A DNA stretch of 64,000 bases from an uncultured Candidatus Saccharibacteria bacterium. Lineage in GTDB: Bacteria > Patescibacteriota > Minisyncoccia > UBA6257 > 1-14-0-10-44-23. Below, piece after piece: positions 54,326 to 64,000 of the stretch (its first letter is position 1; each line of letters begins with the position of its first letter). A model generated the notes under the pieces. That model was not told the origin of the DNA. It made no database searches and saw only the letters and a program-made list of their open reading frames with translations. A program made the position numbers and the translations under genes. Location: assembly GCA_964549935.1 (NCBI GenBank), contig CAZJVT010000003.1, forward strand, positions 78,634 through 142,633, given 5' to 3'.

Positions 54326-55393
54326 ATGCGCCGGACACCTACCAATCCTCCCGTGCTGCTCACCCGCGACGCCTTCCGCGAAGGGGTATTCGCGCGCGAC
54401 GGCGGCTGCTGCGTCTTCTGCAAGGAGCCGGCGATCGACGCCCATCACATCGTCGAGCGGCGACTGTTTCCGGATGGCGGCTACTACCTCGAGAACGGGG
54501 CCTCGGTCTGCGAGAAGCATCATCTCGAATGCGAGATGACGACGATCTCGGTCGAGGAGGTTCGGCTCGCCGCCGGTATCCGGCGCATCGTGTTGCCGCC
54601 TCATCTCTACGACGACCAGCAGATCGACAAGTGGGGCAACCCGATCCTCGCCAACGGCACGCGGCTCAAGGGCGAGCTGTTCGAGGACGAGAGCGTCCGG
54701 AAGATCCTCGAGCGCGGCCGTGTCCTTCAGCTCTTCACCGATCTCGTGAAGTACCCGCGCACGCATCACCTGCCGTGGTCGCCGGGCGTCTCGGACGACG
54801 ATCGCGTCGTTCATGACCTGTCGCGGCTCAATGGCCGCCGCTGCGTCGCCGCGACCAAGATGGACGGCGAGAACACCTCGCTCTACCGCCACAAGATCCA
54901 TGCGCGCAGCGTCGACAGCCGCCATCACCGCTCGCGCGACTGGGTGAAGCAGTTCCACAGCACGATCGCCGGCGACATTCCCGAGGGCTGGCGCATCTGC
55001 GGCGAGAACCTCTATGCCGTCCATTCGATCCGGTACGAGGACCTCCCCAGCTACTTCATGGGCTTCTCGATCTGGGACGAGAAGAACCGCTGCCTGCCCT
55101 GGGACGAGACCCTCGACTGGTTCGGCCTCCTCGGCATCGAGCCGGTGCCGGTCATCTACGACGGCGTGTTCGACGAGGCCGCCCTGCGCGCTCTGTGGAA
55201 GCCCGCCGATGCCGTGCGCTGCGAAGGCTACGTGCTGCGGCCGGCCGACGGCTTCTCCTATGCCGAGTTCAAGGACCTGGTTTTGAAATTCGTCCGCCCC
55301 GGGCATGTGCAGACGGTCAAGCACTGGATGCACGGCCAGCAGATGGAAGTGAACGGTCTCAGGTCGAGGCCAAAACAGGAGATGACACCATGA
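54326..55393 (+). CDS. HNH endonuclease domain fused to an ATP-dependent RNA/DNA ligase (Rnl-like nucleotidyltransferase) domain
   Basis: ATG at 54326. HNH: CCVFCKEP...DAHHIVERRLFPDGGYYLENGASVCEKHH. Ligase motif I KMDGEN (KxDG), motif III-like RICGENLYAVHS, motif IV CEGYVLR, motif V KFVR. Confidence 0.55.
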   Translation: MRRTPTNPPVLLTRDAFREGVFARDGGCCVFCKEPAIDAHHIVERRLFPDGGYYLENGASVCEKHHLECEMTTISVEEVRLAAGIRRIVLPPHLYDDQQIDKWGNPILANGTRLKGELFEDESVRKILERGRVLQLFTDLVKYPRTHHLPWSPGVSDDDRVVHDLSRLNGRRCVAATKMDGENTSLYRHKIHARSVDSRHHRSRDWVKQFHSTIAGDIPEGWRICGENLYAVHSIRYEDLPSYFMGFSIWDEKNRCLPWDETLDWFGLLGIEPVPVIYDGVFDEAALRALWKPADAVRCEGYVLRPADGFSYAEFKDLVLKFVRPGHVQTVKHWMHGQQMEVNGLRSRPKQEMTP

Positions 55394-55593
55394 GCAGGAA
55401 TCGAGAGGGAATGCCAACGGTGCTGTGCCAGGCCCCGCAGTGCTTCAGGCCGAGCTCAGGTTACGCCGTCGAGGAGGGTCTCGGCGTCACGCATTGCGAC
55501 CGCCATGCGGAATGGGCGAAGGCCCGGGTCGCCGAGATCGTCAAGGAGCAGGCTTCGAAGGTCGAAGCGGGGAAAGGGGCGACCAATGGCTAG
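55391..55593 (+). CDS. Small hypothetical protein (Cys/His-containing)
   Basis: ATGA overlap with the ligase gene. 67 aa. Confidence 0.35.
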
Positions 55594-55834
55594 GACACGC
55601 ACGCCGGAGCCGCCGGTCGAGATCGGCATCCAGAAGACCACCGCGGTCGCCATCGCCATCTCCCAGGCAAAGCTCCAGGAGATCGTCTTCGACTGGCTGA
55701 ACCAGGGCCTGGTGAAGGACGGTAAGGCGCCGGCGCCGGCTTCGAAGGAGGCTGTCGAGGTGACCGGCAATGTCGGAGGCGACGAGCAGCTCGACGGGAT
55801 CTCGGTCCAGTACCGGATCCAAGAGAGCCTCTGA
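55588..55834 (+). CDS. Small hypothetical protein
   Basis: 82 aa. Overlaps neighbours on both sides. Confidence 0.35.
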
Positions 55835-56832
55835 TGCAGAGAGAGCGCGCCACCAGGATGCTCGAGCGCATCTGTCAGCAGATCGACAGCGGCGACACTC
55901 CGGTTTCCTTTCATGGTCTCTGGGTATTCGGCTCCTATGCACGCGGCGCCACATCTCCTGGCGACCTGGACATCGTCGTCCTCCATGGGTCAGCCGATCG
56001 AGCGCGGGCCCGGAAATGGAAGAGCGAGGCTCGGCAGAAGTCCCTCAACTACATCGACTATCTCTGCTACCCACAACGGAAGTTGCAAGCCCTGGTCGGT
56101 ACGACCTTGCGACGCCCTGGGGAATCTATCGATATCTTGACGGGAAAATCCTTCAAGGACATCGAGGATAGTTTCACGATTACCAAAAAGGACTGCACCT
56201 TTCTTTGGTCTCCATCCGATAGAGACTGGCGGACAAAGTTGGCTGGAATTCGCGTCGACACCGCCGCAAAGAGCTTCGAGCACGGCCTGTTCATGAAACC
56301 GAAAGCGGCTCGCTGCGACTGGGATTCGATGGAGCATCTGACGGAGATGCTGCGCCAGGAGGTGCTTGTCGTTTCGAAGATCGGGCTTGGCGACGTCGAG
56401 GCGCCTCCGACCCTAAGCGCCTGGCCGGAACATGTCCGGTCTTCTTTGGAGCTGGCGTCGAGGTACGCAGGAAAGAAACGGCGCGAATGCCTGCCTTTTG
56501 CCTTTCAATGGCTCATCGACCAGGGAGAAGCTGGAATCTACGACTTCGATAACGAAGTACGGTCGGATGACGGACAATTCAAAGTCCTCATCGGGAACCT
56601 GTATCCCTATTGGATCAGCAGAACCTTGTGCGACGATGAATATGTCAGCGCGCTTGCGCATATCCTGCATTTCAGACGTGGGACGCCGCGCGAAATCCTG
56701 GTGTTCAGGCGTGGACCGCGGTGGCGGGAGCGCACTGCGATCAGCCGCGCCCTCCAGGAGGGCTTCGTGAGCGTGCCGGCCGTCGCGGTGGTCGCGGTTC
56801 CGGAAGAGCCGGACCACAGGAAAGCTGCGTAG
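55834..56832 (+). CDS. Pol-beta-superfamily nucleotidyltransferase (GS...DxD), possible CD-NTase/SMODS-like
   Basis: N-terminus LWVFGSYARGATSPGDLDIVVLH = GS-x-RG ... DLD NTase signature. 332 aa. GC and codon usage are visibly lower than in neighbouring genes. Confidence 0.5.
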   Translation: MQRERATRMLERICQQIDSGDTPVSFHGLWVFGSYARGATSPGDLDIVVLHGSADRARARKWKSEARQKSLNYIDYLCYPQRKLQALVGTTLRRPGESIDILTGKSFKDIEDSFTITKKDCTFLWSPSDRDWRTKLAGIRVDTAAKSFEHGLFMKPKAARCDWDSMEHLTEMLRQEVLVVSKIGLGDVEAPPTLSAWPEHVRSSLELASRYAGKKRRECLPFAFQWLIDQGEAGIYDFDNEVRSDDGQFKVLIGNLYPYWISRTLCDDEYVSALAHILHFRRGTPREILVFRRGPRWRERTAISRALQEGFVSVPAVAVVAVPEEPDHRKAA

Positions 56833-56838
56833 CGCACA

Positions 56839-57170
56839 TGGGCTTCCAGTCTCGCTTCCGGTCCCGATCGTCATCGATCGGCGCGAAGGTCGCCTACGTC
56901 AAGAGCCAAGGCCAGACGCGCAACCATCATTGCCACTGGCTTGGCTGCGAGAAGCAGGTCCCGCCGGCGGTCTGGGGATGCAAGCCGCACTGGTACGCGC
57001 TGCCGCCGGAGATCCGGAACCGGATCTGGAATGCCTATCGGACCGGACAGGAGAAGGACATGCGACCGTCGCGCGAGTACGTCGCGGCTGCCCAGGAGGC
57101 GCAGGCGTGGATCGCCAGGAACCATCCAGCCAAGGCAGTCGAGATTCCGGCACAGATGACTCTCTTATGA
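56839..57170 (+). CDS. Small Cys/His-rich protein (putative zinc-binding)
   Basis: HHCHWLGCEKQVPPAVWGCKPHWY. Start 7 nt after the NTase stop. Confidence 0.4.
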
Positions 57171-57604
57171 GGTTCGAGCTCGACGACGGTGGCCGCTCGG
57201 CCGCCGGATACAAGGGCAGCGCCGGCGACTGCGTCTGCCGCTCGATCGCCATCGCTTCCGGCCGACCCTACGGCGAGATCTACCGGCGCCTCGCCGATGG
57301 CATGGGCGCGCAGCGCGCAGGGAGGTCGGGCAAGCGAGCGCGGTCGGCCAGGAATGGCATCGACGTTCGGCGGAAGTGGTTCAAGGCACTGATGGCAGAG
57401 CTCGGCTTTGCCTGGACCTCGACCATGTCGATCGGATCGGGATGCAAGGTTCACCTCCGCGAGGACGAGCTTCCTTCGGGTCGCCTGGTCGTCGCCGTGA
57501 GCGGTCACTACACGGCGGTCGTGGACGGCACGATCCGGGACACTCACGATCCTCAGCGAGAGGGATCGAGATGCGTCTACGGATACTGGAAGATGAGCGA
57601 CTAG
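57169..57604 (+). CDS. Hypothetical protein
   Basis: ATGA overlap with the previous gene. 145 aa. Confidence 0.4.
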
Positions 57605-57664
57605 GCTCTCATCGTCGCGTCGCGCGGTCGCGCCGCCGGAGGACCTGCATCCCTCCTCGGATAC

Positions 57665-59191
57665 TCAGTCCTGCCCCTTGATCATGTTGTGCAGGCCCTC
57701 GACCTTCGCCGACGGATCCTTCACGGTCAGCAGGAGGGCGTAGGCAGGCTTGAGACCTTGCGATCTTGTCATGTCTCCGGCGATGGAGGCGATCGCCGCA
57801 TCACGTCGCGAACTGTTCCCGATGGCGTCTGCGTACTTGATCGCCTCGGCGACCTGCCCCGCCTTCGACAGGGCTCTCGCGATCGCGGCTTGAGTGAAAT
57901 GGCGCGTGATGTCGAGCGAGATGAGCTTGATCATCTCGGTAGCCTTGTCCATCTGCCCTTTCGATGCGCGCCCGACGGCGATGGCCTCGATGACCCTTTC
58001 CTTCCTGAACTTGTCAGGGATCGATGTCGTCAAGGAGAAGGCGTCGTCGAGGAGGCTCCGAGAGATCTCGGCGGGTGCCTCCTGCCAGGAAGCAATGAAG
58101 ATCAGCATATTTGCCCGTTCCTCCGGGCCCTGGATTTCGCGAGCAAGCGCGACAGCCTCATCGAAACGCTTCGCCCTGGTCAGCTGCCTGACAGCATTCT
58201 CAAGGCTCCTGATGCGCTTGGAGTCATCCTCGATCATGCGCATCGCCGAAATCGCGCCGGCGAACGCTTCCTGTCCGCCGGGAAGCTCCAGCCTCGTCTC
58301 GACGACCCCGATCATAGCCAGGGCGGTTGATCTTTCTGAAGGGTCGACCAGGGATTCAGTGGCGCGGCGGGCTTGACCGACGAGAGCAAGAGCTTGCTGG
58401 CGACGGCCATTCTTCCGGTCGTCATCGGCGATGAAAAGGAGAGCGAAGACTCTGTAGTCGACGTTGTCGAATGTCTCGGAAACCTGGAGAGCGGCATCTC
58501 GCCTTCCGTGTTTCGTCAACGCCACCACGGCATAGAACCTGGCGTCTCGCGCCTGGCCCTTGTCGGCGATCGCCTCCACCTCCTGCAGGACCTCGCGTAC
58601 CTGACCGAGCGCGATCTGGGCTCGCATCCGGGAGGCGTTCACGATGGTTTTCTCGTATCCTTTCTCTGCCCTCCCCGCCATGTCCCTGATCTGATCGATG
58701 GTTTCCAAGGCGCCGGTCCGATCGCGCGATCTGGCTTGCACCTCCGCGACGGTCCTCATCGTCTCCGCCCTCGACATCAGCGAATCTTGCTTATGCGCCA
58801 ACGCCAGGATCTGAACGGCGATGCAGACCTCGTTCGGGTTCTCGATGCATTTCGGCTCTTCCTTCCGAGCTCGCTCGGTCCGGATCGCCACGATCGTCTT
58901 TGAGATTTCCTCGTCGATCGCCTTGAGCCAGAAGGTTCCGATCGGCTGGCCCGAGATCAGCTGGACGGCGAGATTGGATGCCGGATATTCCTCGACGATC
59001 CTGTCCGCGAGACTGCGTGCCTGCCTCAGGTTCTTGAGCCTGTCCTCGCTGTTGGCGGAGGCCGGTTCCTGGAGCAGCTTCTGCGCCTGCACGAAAAGGC
59101 GGTTGGCGGCAGCGTTCGGATCCTGGGCGGCGCTCGGCCACGGCAGGCTCCAGGCCAACATGATGGAGATCAGGATGCCGACGATGCGCAT
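57665..59191 (-). CDS. Exported TPR/helical-repeat protein (signal peptide), low-GC gene
   Basis: MRIVGILISIMLAWSLPWPSAAQ is signal-peptide-like. Ala/Leu/Arg-rich helical repeats. Lower GC than flanks. Confidence 0.55.
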   Translation of the reverse strand: MRIVGILISIMLAWSLPWPSAAQDPNAAANRLFVQAQKLLQEPASANSEDRLKNLRQARSLADRIVEEYPASNLAVQLISGQPIGTFWLKAIDEEISKTIVAIRTERARKEEPKCIENPNEVCIAVQILALAHKQDSLMSRAETMRTVAEVQARSRDRTGALETIDQIRDMAGRAEKGYEKTIVNASRMRAQIALGQVREVLQEVEAIADKGQARDARFYAVVALTKHGRRDAALQVSETFDNVDYRVFALLFIADDDRKNGRRQQALALVGQARRATESLVDPSERSTALAMIGVVETRLELPGGQEAFAGAISAMRMIEDDSKRIRSLENAVRQLTRAKRFDEAVALAREIQGPEERANMLIFIASWQEAPAEISRSLLDDAFSLTTSIPDKFRKERVIEAIAVGRASKGQMDKATEMIKLISLDITRHFTQAAIARALSKAGQVAEAIKYADAIGNSSRRDAAIASIAGDMTRSQGLKPAYALLLTVKDPSAKVEGLHNMIKGQD

Positions 59192-59289
59192 GGGTGGTCG
59201 CCCCGATTTTTCGCCATCTTAGCGAGTTTTCGGAGCCACTTCTCCAACTTGCCTCTCGGAGCTTTCTCCGCCAGCTGATACCTTCCACT

Positions 59290-60690
59290 ATGGCGTTCTC
59301 GCCCGAAACGATCGAGCGCGTCAGGCTCGCAAATCCCCTGGCCGACGTGGTCGGCGAGCGCGTGGATCTGCGCCGGCGCGGCGGCAGCCTCTCCGCCAGC
59401 TGCATGTTCCACGAGGAGAGGACGCCGTCTTTCCATATCTTCGAGGACGACCGCGGCGGCCATTTCCACTGCTTCGGATGCGGCTGCCATGGCGACGTCC
59501 TCGACTTCGCCCAAAGGCATCTCGGCCTCGGCTTCAGCGAGAGCGTGCGCTTCCTAGCGGAGCGCGCCGGCATCGAGATCGCCGAGGATGCCCATGCCGT
59601 GGACCGCCAGCGGCTTTCATCCCAGGTCTACGAAGTCATGGACTACGCTTTCCGGCTGGCCCAGGCGACGTTGGCGTCGCTGGCCGGACGGGATCCGGAT
59701 CATCCGGCCATGGTCAGCCTTGCACGCCTCGGCCTCGACGCCGAGGCGATCGGTATCGCCGGCCTCGGCTTCATCCCTGAGGGCACCGCCCTCACGCAAC
59801 GGCTGGTCCAGGACGGAGTGACCCGACAGCTCCTCGAGGAAGCGGGCTTCATCGGGTCCGGCGAGGACAGCCTCGGAGGCCGGATTGTCCATCCTGTCCG
59901 AGACCGGCTAGATCGCGTCGTCGCCCTGATCGGCCAGCCGATCGATCTCGCGTCCGGAGATGCGGCGCTGGTGCATCATCGAAACGCGGGCCGGCTCCCG
60001 GCGATCGTCCACTACGGCAGCCGGCGCAACAGGATGCGAACGAGTCCATTGCCCGACGAAGGCGACTTTGCTCGCCGGGCTGCCGGCATGGACGGGCGCC
60101 CGGCCGGGATCGTGGTCCCCGACTTTCTCGCTGCCTCCATCCTCGCCGGACACGGCTTTGCCGACGTCATGGCGCCGACCTCCGGCCTTCTCCTGCCGGA
60201 CGCGATCGCCGCCGCCTGGCGCATCACCGACGAGCCCGTGCTGGTCGTCCCAGACGACGAGGTGGGGAACGCGTTCATGCGATCGTCGATCGAGGGGATC
60301 CTTCCCCTGGTTGGCCCCGGGCGCTCTTTCCGCTTTCTCCGGGTCCAGCCGGCCGCCTTCCCCGGCGGTCCTGCCTTCGATCCGGAGGTCATGCGGCTGA
60401 GGATCCTCGGAATGGCGGAGAACCTGGTCGACGTCGTCTGGGATCTCGAGGTTCCAGGCCCTCCTCCTGGGAAGTCGGCGTCCTCCTGGGATGCGATCCA
60501 TGGCCGCTCCCAGTCTCCGGTGGCCCTGGACCGCCTTATCCGCCGCGTTCGCGGGATCCATCACGAGGAAGTCAGGTCCTTCTACGCGCTCGACTATGCG
60601 GGAAGATCCCGGATCCAGCTGGGCATCGACCCGAGGTGGCCGGAGGCGGATCCGGTCCGCGTGCTGGCGCTGGACCTGGCGCCGGCCTGA
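59290..60690 (+). CDS. Second CHC2 zinc-finger primase-like protein
   Basis: Start at ATG 59290 (MAFSPETIERV...). CHC2 signature CMFHEERTPSFHIFEDDRGGHFHCFGCGCHG. The C-terminal domain is divergent. Confidence 0.6.
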   Translation: MAFSPETIERVRLANPLADVVGERVDLRRRGGSLSASCMFHEERTPSFHIFEDDRGGHFHCFGCGCHGDVLDFAQRHLGLGFSESVRFLAERAGIEIAEDAHAVDRQRLSSQVYEVMDYAFRLAQATLASLAGRDPDHPAMVSLARLGLDAEAIGIAGLGFIPEGTALTQRLVQDGVTRQLLEEAGFIGSGEDSLGGRIVHPVRDRLDRVVALIGQPIDLASGDAALVHHRNAGRLPAIVHYGSRRNRMRTSPLPDEGDFARRAAGMDGRPAGIVVPDFLAASILAGHGFADVMAPTSGLLLPDAIAAAWRITDEPVLVVPDDEVGNAFMRSSIEGILPLVGPGRSFRFLRVQPAAFPGGPAFDPEVMRLRILGMAENLVDVVWDLEVPGPPPGKSASSWDAIHGRSQSPVALDRLIRRVRGIHHEEVRSFYALDYAGRSRIQLGIDPRWPEADPVRVLALDLAPA

Positions 60691-60767
60691 AGACGCACGC
60701 GGTCTTCCCTGGCGCGCCTATCTGCCGTCCTGTATAATCCTGTCGGCTCTTGTCGATAGGGAAGCAA

Positions 60768-61172
60768 ATGGCCGGCACCGAGATCAAGGTCTTCACCGTC
60801 GTCCGGGAGCGCTTCGTTCCGATGCGCCAGGTCCTGACGATCCGCGCGGCCTCCGGCGAGGAAGCGCTGATCAAGGCTGCCGCGGCATCCTGGAAGGGCG
60901 AGGCGGCACAGCCCGCCGACGAGGGCGGCCTCTGCCAGGCTTTCGAGGGTGACCACGAGAACGCCGATGCCGCCCGGGACGCGCGGGCCGTCGAGCACGC
61001 CATTCCCTACTCGCTGCTGCATAGGAACGACCGCAACGAACGCCTTCTCGAAGGACTGATGGGGCTCCTCGATCGCCTCGTCACCGATGCGAAGCCCGAT
61101 CTCGAGAAAGAGGTCCGCCGGCTGCGGCTGCTCGCCGAAGGGAAGCATGCCCCGGAGGACCTGGACGCATGA
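60768..61172 (+). CDS. Hypothetical protein
   Basis: ATG at 60768 preceded by TATAAT...CGATAGG promoter-like motifs. 134 aa. Confidence 0.4.
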   Translation: MAGTEIKVFTVVRERFVPMRQVLTIRAASGEEALIKAAAASWKGEAAQPADEGGLCQAFEGDHENADAARDARAVEHAIPYSLLHRNDRNERLLEGLMGLLDRLVTDAKPDLEKEVRRLRLLAEGKHAPEDLDA

Positions 61173-61438
61173 CCGGCGAGGTCAGACCCCTCTACTCGCT
61201 CTGGATCACCTTCCGCTCCAACGAGCACCCGTTTCAGACCGATTACGATCCCTATCCTAAGAACAAGTTCGCCTCCGACGAGGAAGCATTCGCCTGGTGC
61301 CGTGGGATGCGCGAGGGCATGGGACCCGACTACGACATCTCGCTGAGGAAGAACGGGCAGCCTATCGAGGTGCCCCAGCTGCCTGAGCCGGCCGCCTCGG
61401 AAGGCGTCGACGTTCCATCCCCAGGCCCGACTCCATGA
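61169..61438 (+). CDS. Small hypothetical protein
   Basis: 89 aa with ATGA overlaps. Confidence 0.4.
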   Translation: MTGEVRPLYSLWITFRSNEHPFQTDYDPYPKNKFASDEEAFAWCRGMREGMGPDYDISLRKNGQPIEVPQLPEPAASEGVDVPSPGPTP

Positions 61439-62067
61439 ACGATCCCGTGAAGCTTCTCCCCTGCCCGTTCTGCGGGGGCCAGGCGTCGATGGACGAGCTC
61501 GATGGCCGCCGCGGAACGTCCCGGCAAAGCTGCATCGTCACATGCCTCGACTGCGGCGCCAGCCACGAGAGCTCTGACGAGGGCGACCGATGCGGCACGT
61601 CCTGGAACCGGAGGGCATCACCGTCGCCGGCTGATTTTCCGGACATCTCGGCCGAGATCGACAAGTTCGCCCACTCCTTGGACGAGGCGGCGAAGCTGCT
61701 CGACATCCGTCGTCCGGTCGGCGGAAGCACGACCATCCGCGACATGCTGGCCGATGCCGGCGCCGTCGTCCGCCAGCTGCACGAACGCCTCGTCGTCCAG
61801 CACTCTTCCGCACCGCCGCCGCCCAACCCCTGGCCAAGCCGACCGCCAGAGTTCAATCGCTGGTATGCGGAGGCGCCGCGCTTCCTGGCATACGTCCAGC
61901 GGCATCCCGAGGCGTGGTGCCGCGACGGCAGGCTGAAATACCTGAACGTCCGGGTCGACACCCGATCGAGCCACTTCCGGGTCTTCGCGGACCCGGAGCA
62001 TGGCGGCGGCGAGATCTCGCCCGACGAGTTCGTCGCCGCGTCGCAAAAGGGCCGCGCCGCGGTGTGA
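61435..62067 (+). CDS. Lar-family restriction-alleviation-like protein (N-terminal zinc ribbon) with C-terminal extension
   Basis: LLPCPFCGG...CIVTCLDCGA...GTSWNRR matches the Lar-family pattern PCPFCG...C..CGA...WNRR. Confidence 0.55.
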   Translation: MNDPVKLLPCPFCGGQASMDELDGRRGTSRQSCIVTCLDCGASHESSDEGDRCGTSWNRRASPSPADFPDISAEIDKFAHSLDEAAKLLDIRRPVGGSTTIRDMLADAGAVVRQLHERLVVQHSSAPPPPNPWPSRPPEFNRWYAEAPRFLAYVQRHPEAWCRDGRLKYLNVRVDTRSSHFRVFADPEHGGGEISPDEFVAASQKGRAAV

Positions 62068-62130
62068 GCTTTCGCTTCACGCTGCTATAATCCCTTCCGC
62101 CATCTGCTATAGGCGAACGGAAGCCGATTC

Positions 62131-64000
62131 GATGCCCGTCCTGGCGCTGCCCAAATCGTTCTTCGTCCGCGAGCGCAACGATGTGTATGGGCGATGGCAC
62201 ATCGCTTTCTGGCGCGAGCTCGTCTCCAACTCGATCGACGCCGGTGCTTCCCGCATCCAGATCCGGACTTCGTACGGAACGATCCCCGGCGGCGACGGCA
62301 CCGAGGTCTTCGAGGTCACCTTCGCCGACAACGGCTGCGGGATGAACCGCGAGACGCTCGAGGACGTCTACTTCAAGCTCGGGGCCTCGACCAAGGGCGA
62401 GGGATCCAGCGGCGTCGGCGGCTTCGGTCGTGCCCGCATCCTCACCTGTTTCAGCCATGTCGCCTACTATATCCGCACGCTCGACTGCGAGGTCACCGGC
62501 GATGGGGCGGAATATTCGCTGACCAGCGGTCTTCCTCGCCAGCCGGGCTGCACCGTCGTCGTCGGCATCGATCGCAAGGAAGCAGAGAGGCTCGAGGAGG
62601 GGCTCAGGAAGTTCCTGCAGGAATGCCAGCTCGACTGCGAACTCGAGATCAACGGCGAGCGCTACCAGGGCTGGGGCTACAAGGGCCGCGTCAGCCGGCA
62701 GCTCGTCGACGAGGCCGGCAACCCATTCGCCAACGTCCATGTCAGCTATGGCGAGAAGGCCAGGAACAAGGGCCGTCTGATCGTCCGCGTCAACGGCGTC
62801 TCGATGTTCACGCCCTGGGTGCGGGACCTTGACGCTCAGGTCATCGTCGAGGTCTCGCCCGAGAGGTCGCGTGCCATCCTGACCGGCAGCCGCGACAATT
62901 TCCGCTCTCCCTATTCCGACATCCTCGACCGGTTCACCCAGGAGCTCGCCTCGGACCGCTCCAAGATGCTTCGGGTGCATGACGAGGTCTCTGTCCAGGT
63001 CTATCGCGGCGCCGGCATTGCCGCGGCGACGCCAGGATCCTACGCCGGCATCAGATCGGGATCGACCAGGGAGAGCACCGGTCTCTGGGCTCCGGCTCCC
63101 GCCGGCTCCGTCGGCGCGTCCGAGAGCGCGGGCGGCATCAGCCCGATCAGGTTGCCGGCGGACTTGCCCGACATGGTGGTCCGCATCGCCAGCCCGAATG
63201 CGGCTTCGAAGCGATCCCTCGTCAGGTTCCTGCCCGAGAACTGGACTAGGGCTTCCGGCGAAGGATCGTCTGCCCGCATCCTCTATGCCATGTGGGTGGC
63301 TGCCTGCGAGCATGCGATCGCGGCTCTGCTCAGGGTGCGCCCCGGGCTCGGGGAGGTGCGCTACATGCCCGGCTTCTATTTCGACACGCCGGAGGACGGC
63401 GCCAGCTACACGCGCGGCCTCCATTCGACGGTCGCGATCCCCGGAGAGCTCGACAGGCGGACGCACGCGATCCTCCTGAACCCGCTCGACGACAAGGGCC
63501 GGCTCCTCTACTCGGCGACGTCGAAGTCCGATCGCAAGACGCTGATCGCGGTCGCCAAGCACGAGGCCGCGCATGTGGTCGAGGAGTCCCACGACCAGGA
63601 CTTCGCTTCCCTGCTGACCTTCATCGACGCGGCCTTCGACGAGCGCCTGGCCTTCCAGCGCATGGACGAGCTCGCCTCCCGGATGCGCTCGGCCTTCGGC
63701 AGGAAGGCGCTGGTGCAGCAGGTGACGCAGGCTCAGCGGGCAGCGCCCCAGCCGCCGGCAGAGACAGGCATCCAGCGGCCCTGGGAACGACGCCTCGCCG
63801 CCGATCACCCGATGACGATGTCCATGGCCGGGCTTTCGACGCCGCCGATCGGAAGAACCGGATCACCCGCGCCCATCGGCCCGGTCGCCGCCGCGGTCGC
63901 GACCTCCGTCGCCGATACAGGACGTGCCGGCGTGGTCGCCGTGGACGCCACGCTGGTCAGCGATCTCGAGCGGCTCTTCGCAGAAGGTGCCGAGAGCGCC
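62131..64000 (+). CDS. GHKL (Bergerat-fold) ATPase-domain protein, MORC/Hsp90-like; 3' end beyond the window
   Basis: ATG at 62131. N box ELVSNSIDAGASRI, G1 FADNGCGM, G2 GVGGFGRA. No stop before the window end. The antisense 651-aa ORF is Arg/Gly-rich. Confidence 0.55.

Noticed and set aside
61853-63808. 651-aa minus ORF
   Set aside because: It is antisense to the GHKL ATPase gene, which has N/G1/G2 boxes. Arg/Gly/Pro-rich.

Overview
The window is high-GC DNA, probably alphaproteobacterial (Rhizobiales-like). The evidence for that is repeated CTATAT/CTATAG -10-like boxes and GGAGG ribosome-binding sites. There are no housekeeping, rRNA, tRNA or CRISPR features. The content looks like the accessory or leading region of a conjugative element or other mobile island, dominated by DNA-metabolism and anti-restriction genes. 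Most are arranged as translationally coupled operons with 4-nt ATGA/GTGA overlaps.

Recognisable genes:
- two CHC2 zinc-finger DnaG-like primases, one at each end of the window
- a GcrA-like regulator with an HTH partner
- a YqaJ/lambda-Exo-like nuclease with a dNMP-kinase-like P-loop protein
- an SF2 DEAH helicase with a tandem helicase-associated (HA) repeat array
- a secreted Nuc/PLD-family endonuclease
- an AAA_16-type ATPase
- a Fic protein
- a UvrD-family helicase
- a nucleoside 2-deoxyribosyltransferase-like protein
- a giant strawberry-notch-like (SBNO) helicase followed by a PcfJ-like protein and a type IA topoisomerase (Topo III)
- an HNH-RNA ligase fusion next to a pol-beta-fold nucleotidyltransferase
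- a Lar-family restriction-alleviation protein
- a partial GHKL ATPase

More than half of the ORFs have no recognisable function. They include a 1080-aa protein in a three-gene operon with an ATP-grasp-like protein, several paralogous pairs, and secreted or lipoproteins.

Several AT-rich intergenic islands carry repeated operator-like motifs: AATGTTAGA iterons, TTCCGGAA palindromes, a conserved GTATTATCGTG...TATGA...ATGTAG element found twice, and 20-bp tandem repeats at the Fic promoter.

Many six-frame ORFs in this GC-rich DNA are Arg/Pro/Gly-rich antisense or run-on artefacts. They were rejected. All functional calls rest on motif recognition by eye, with no database searches.
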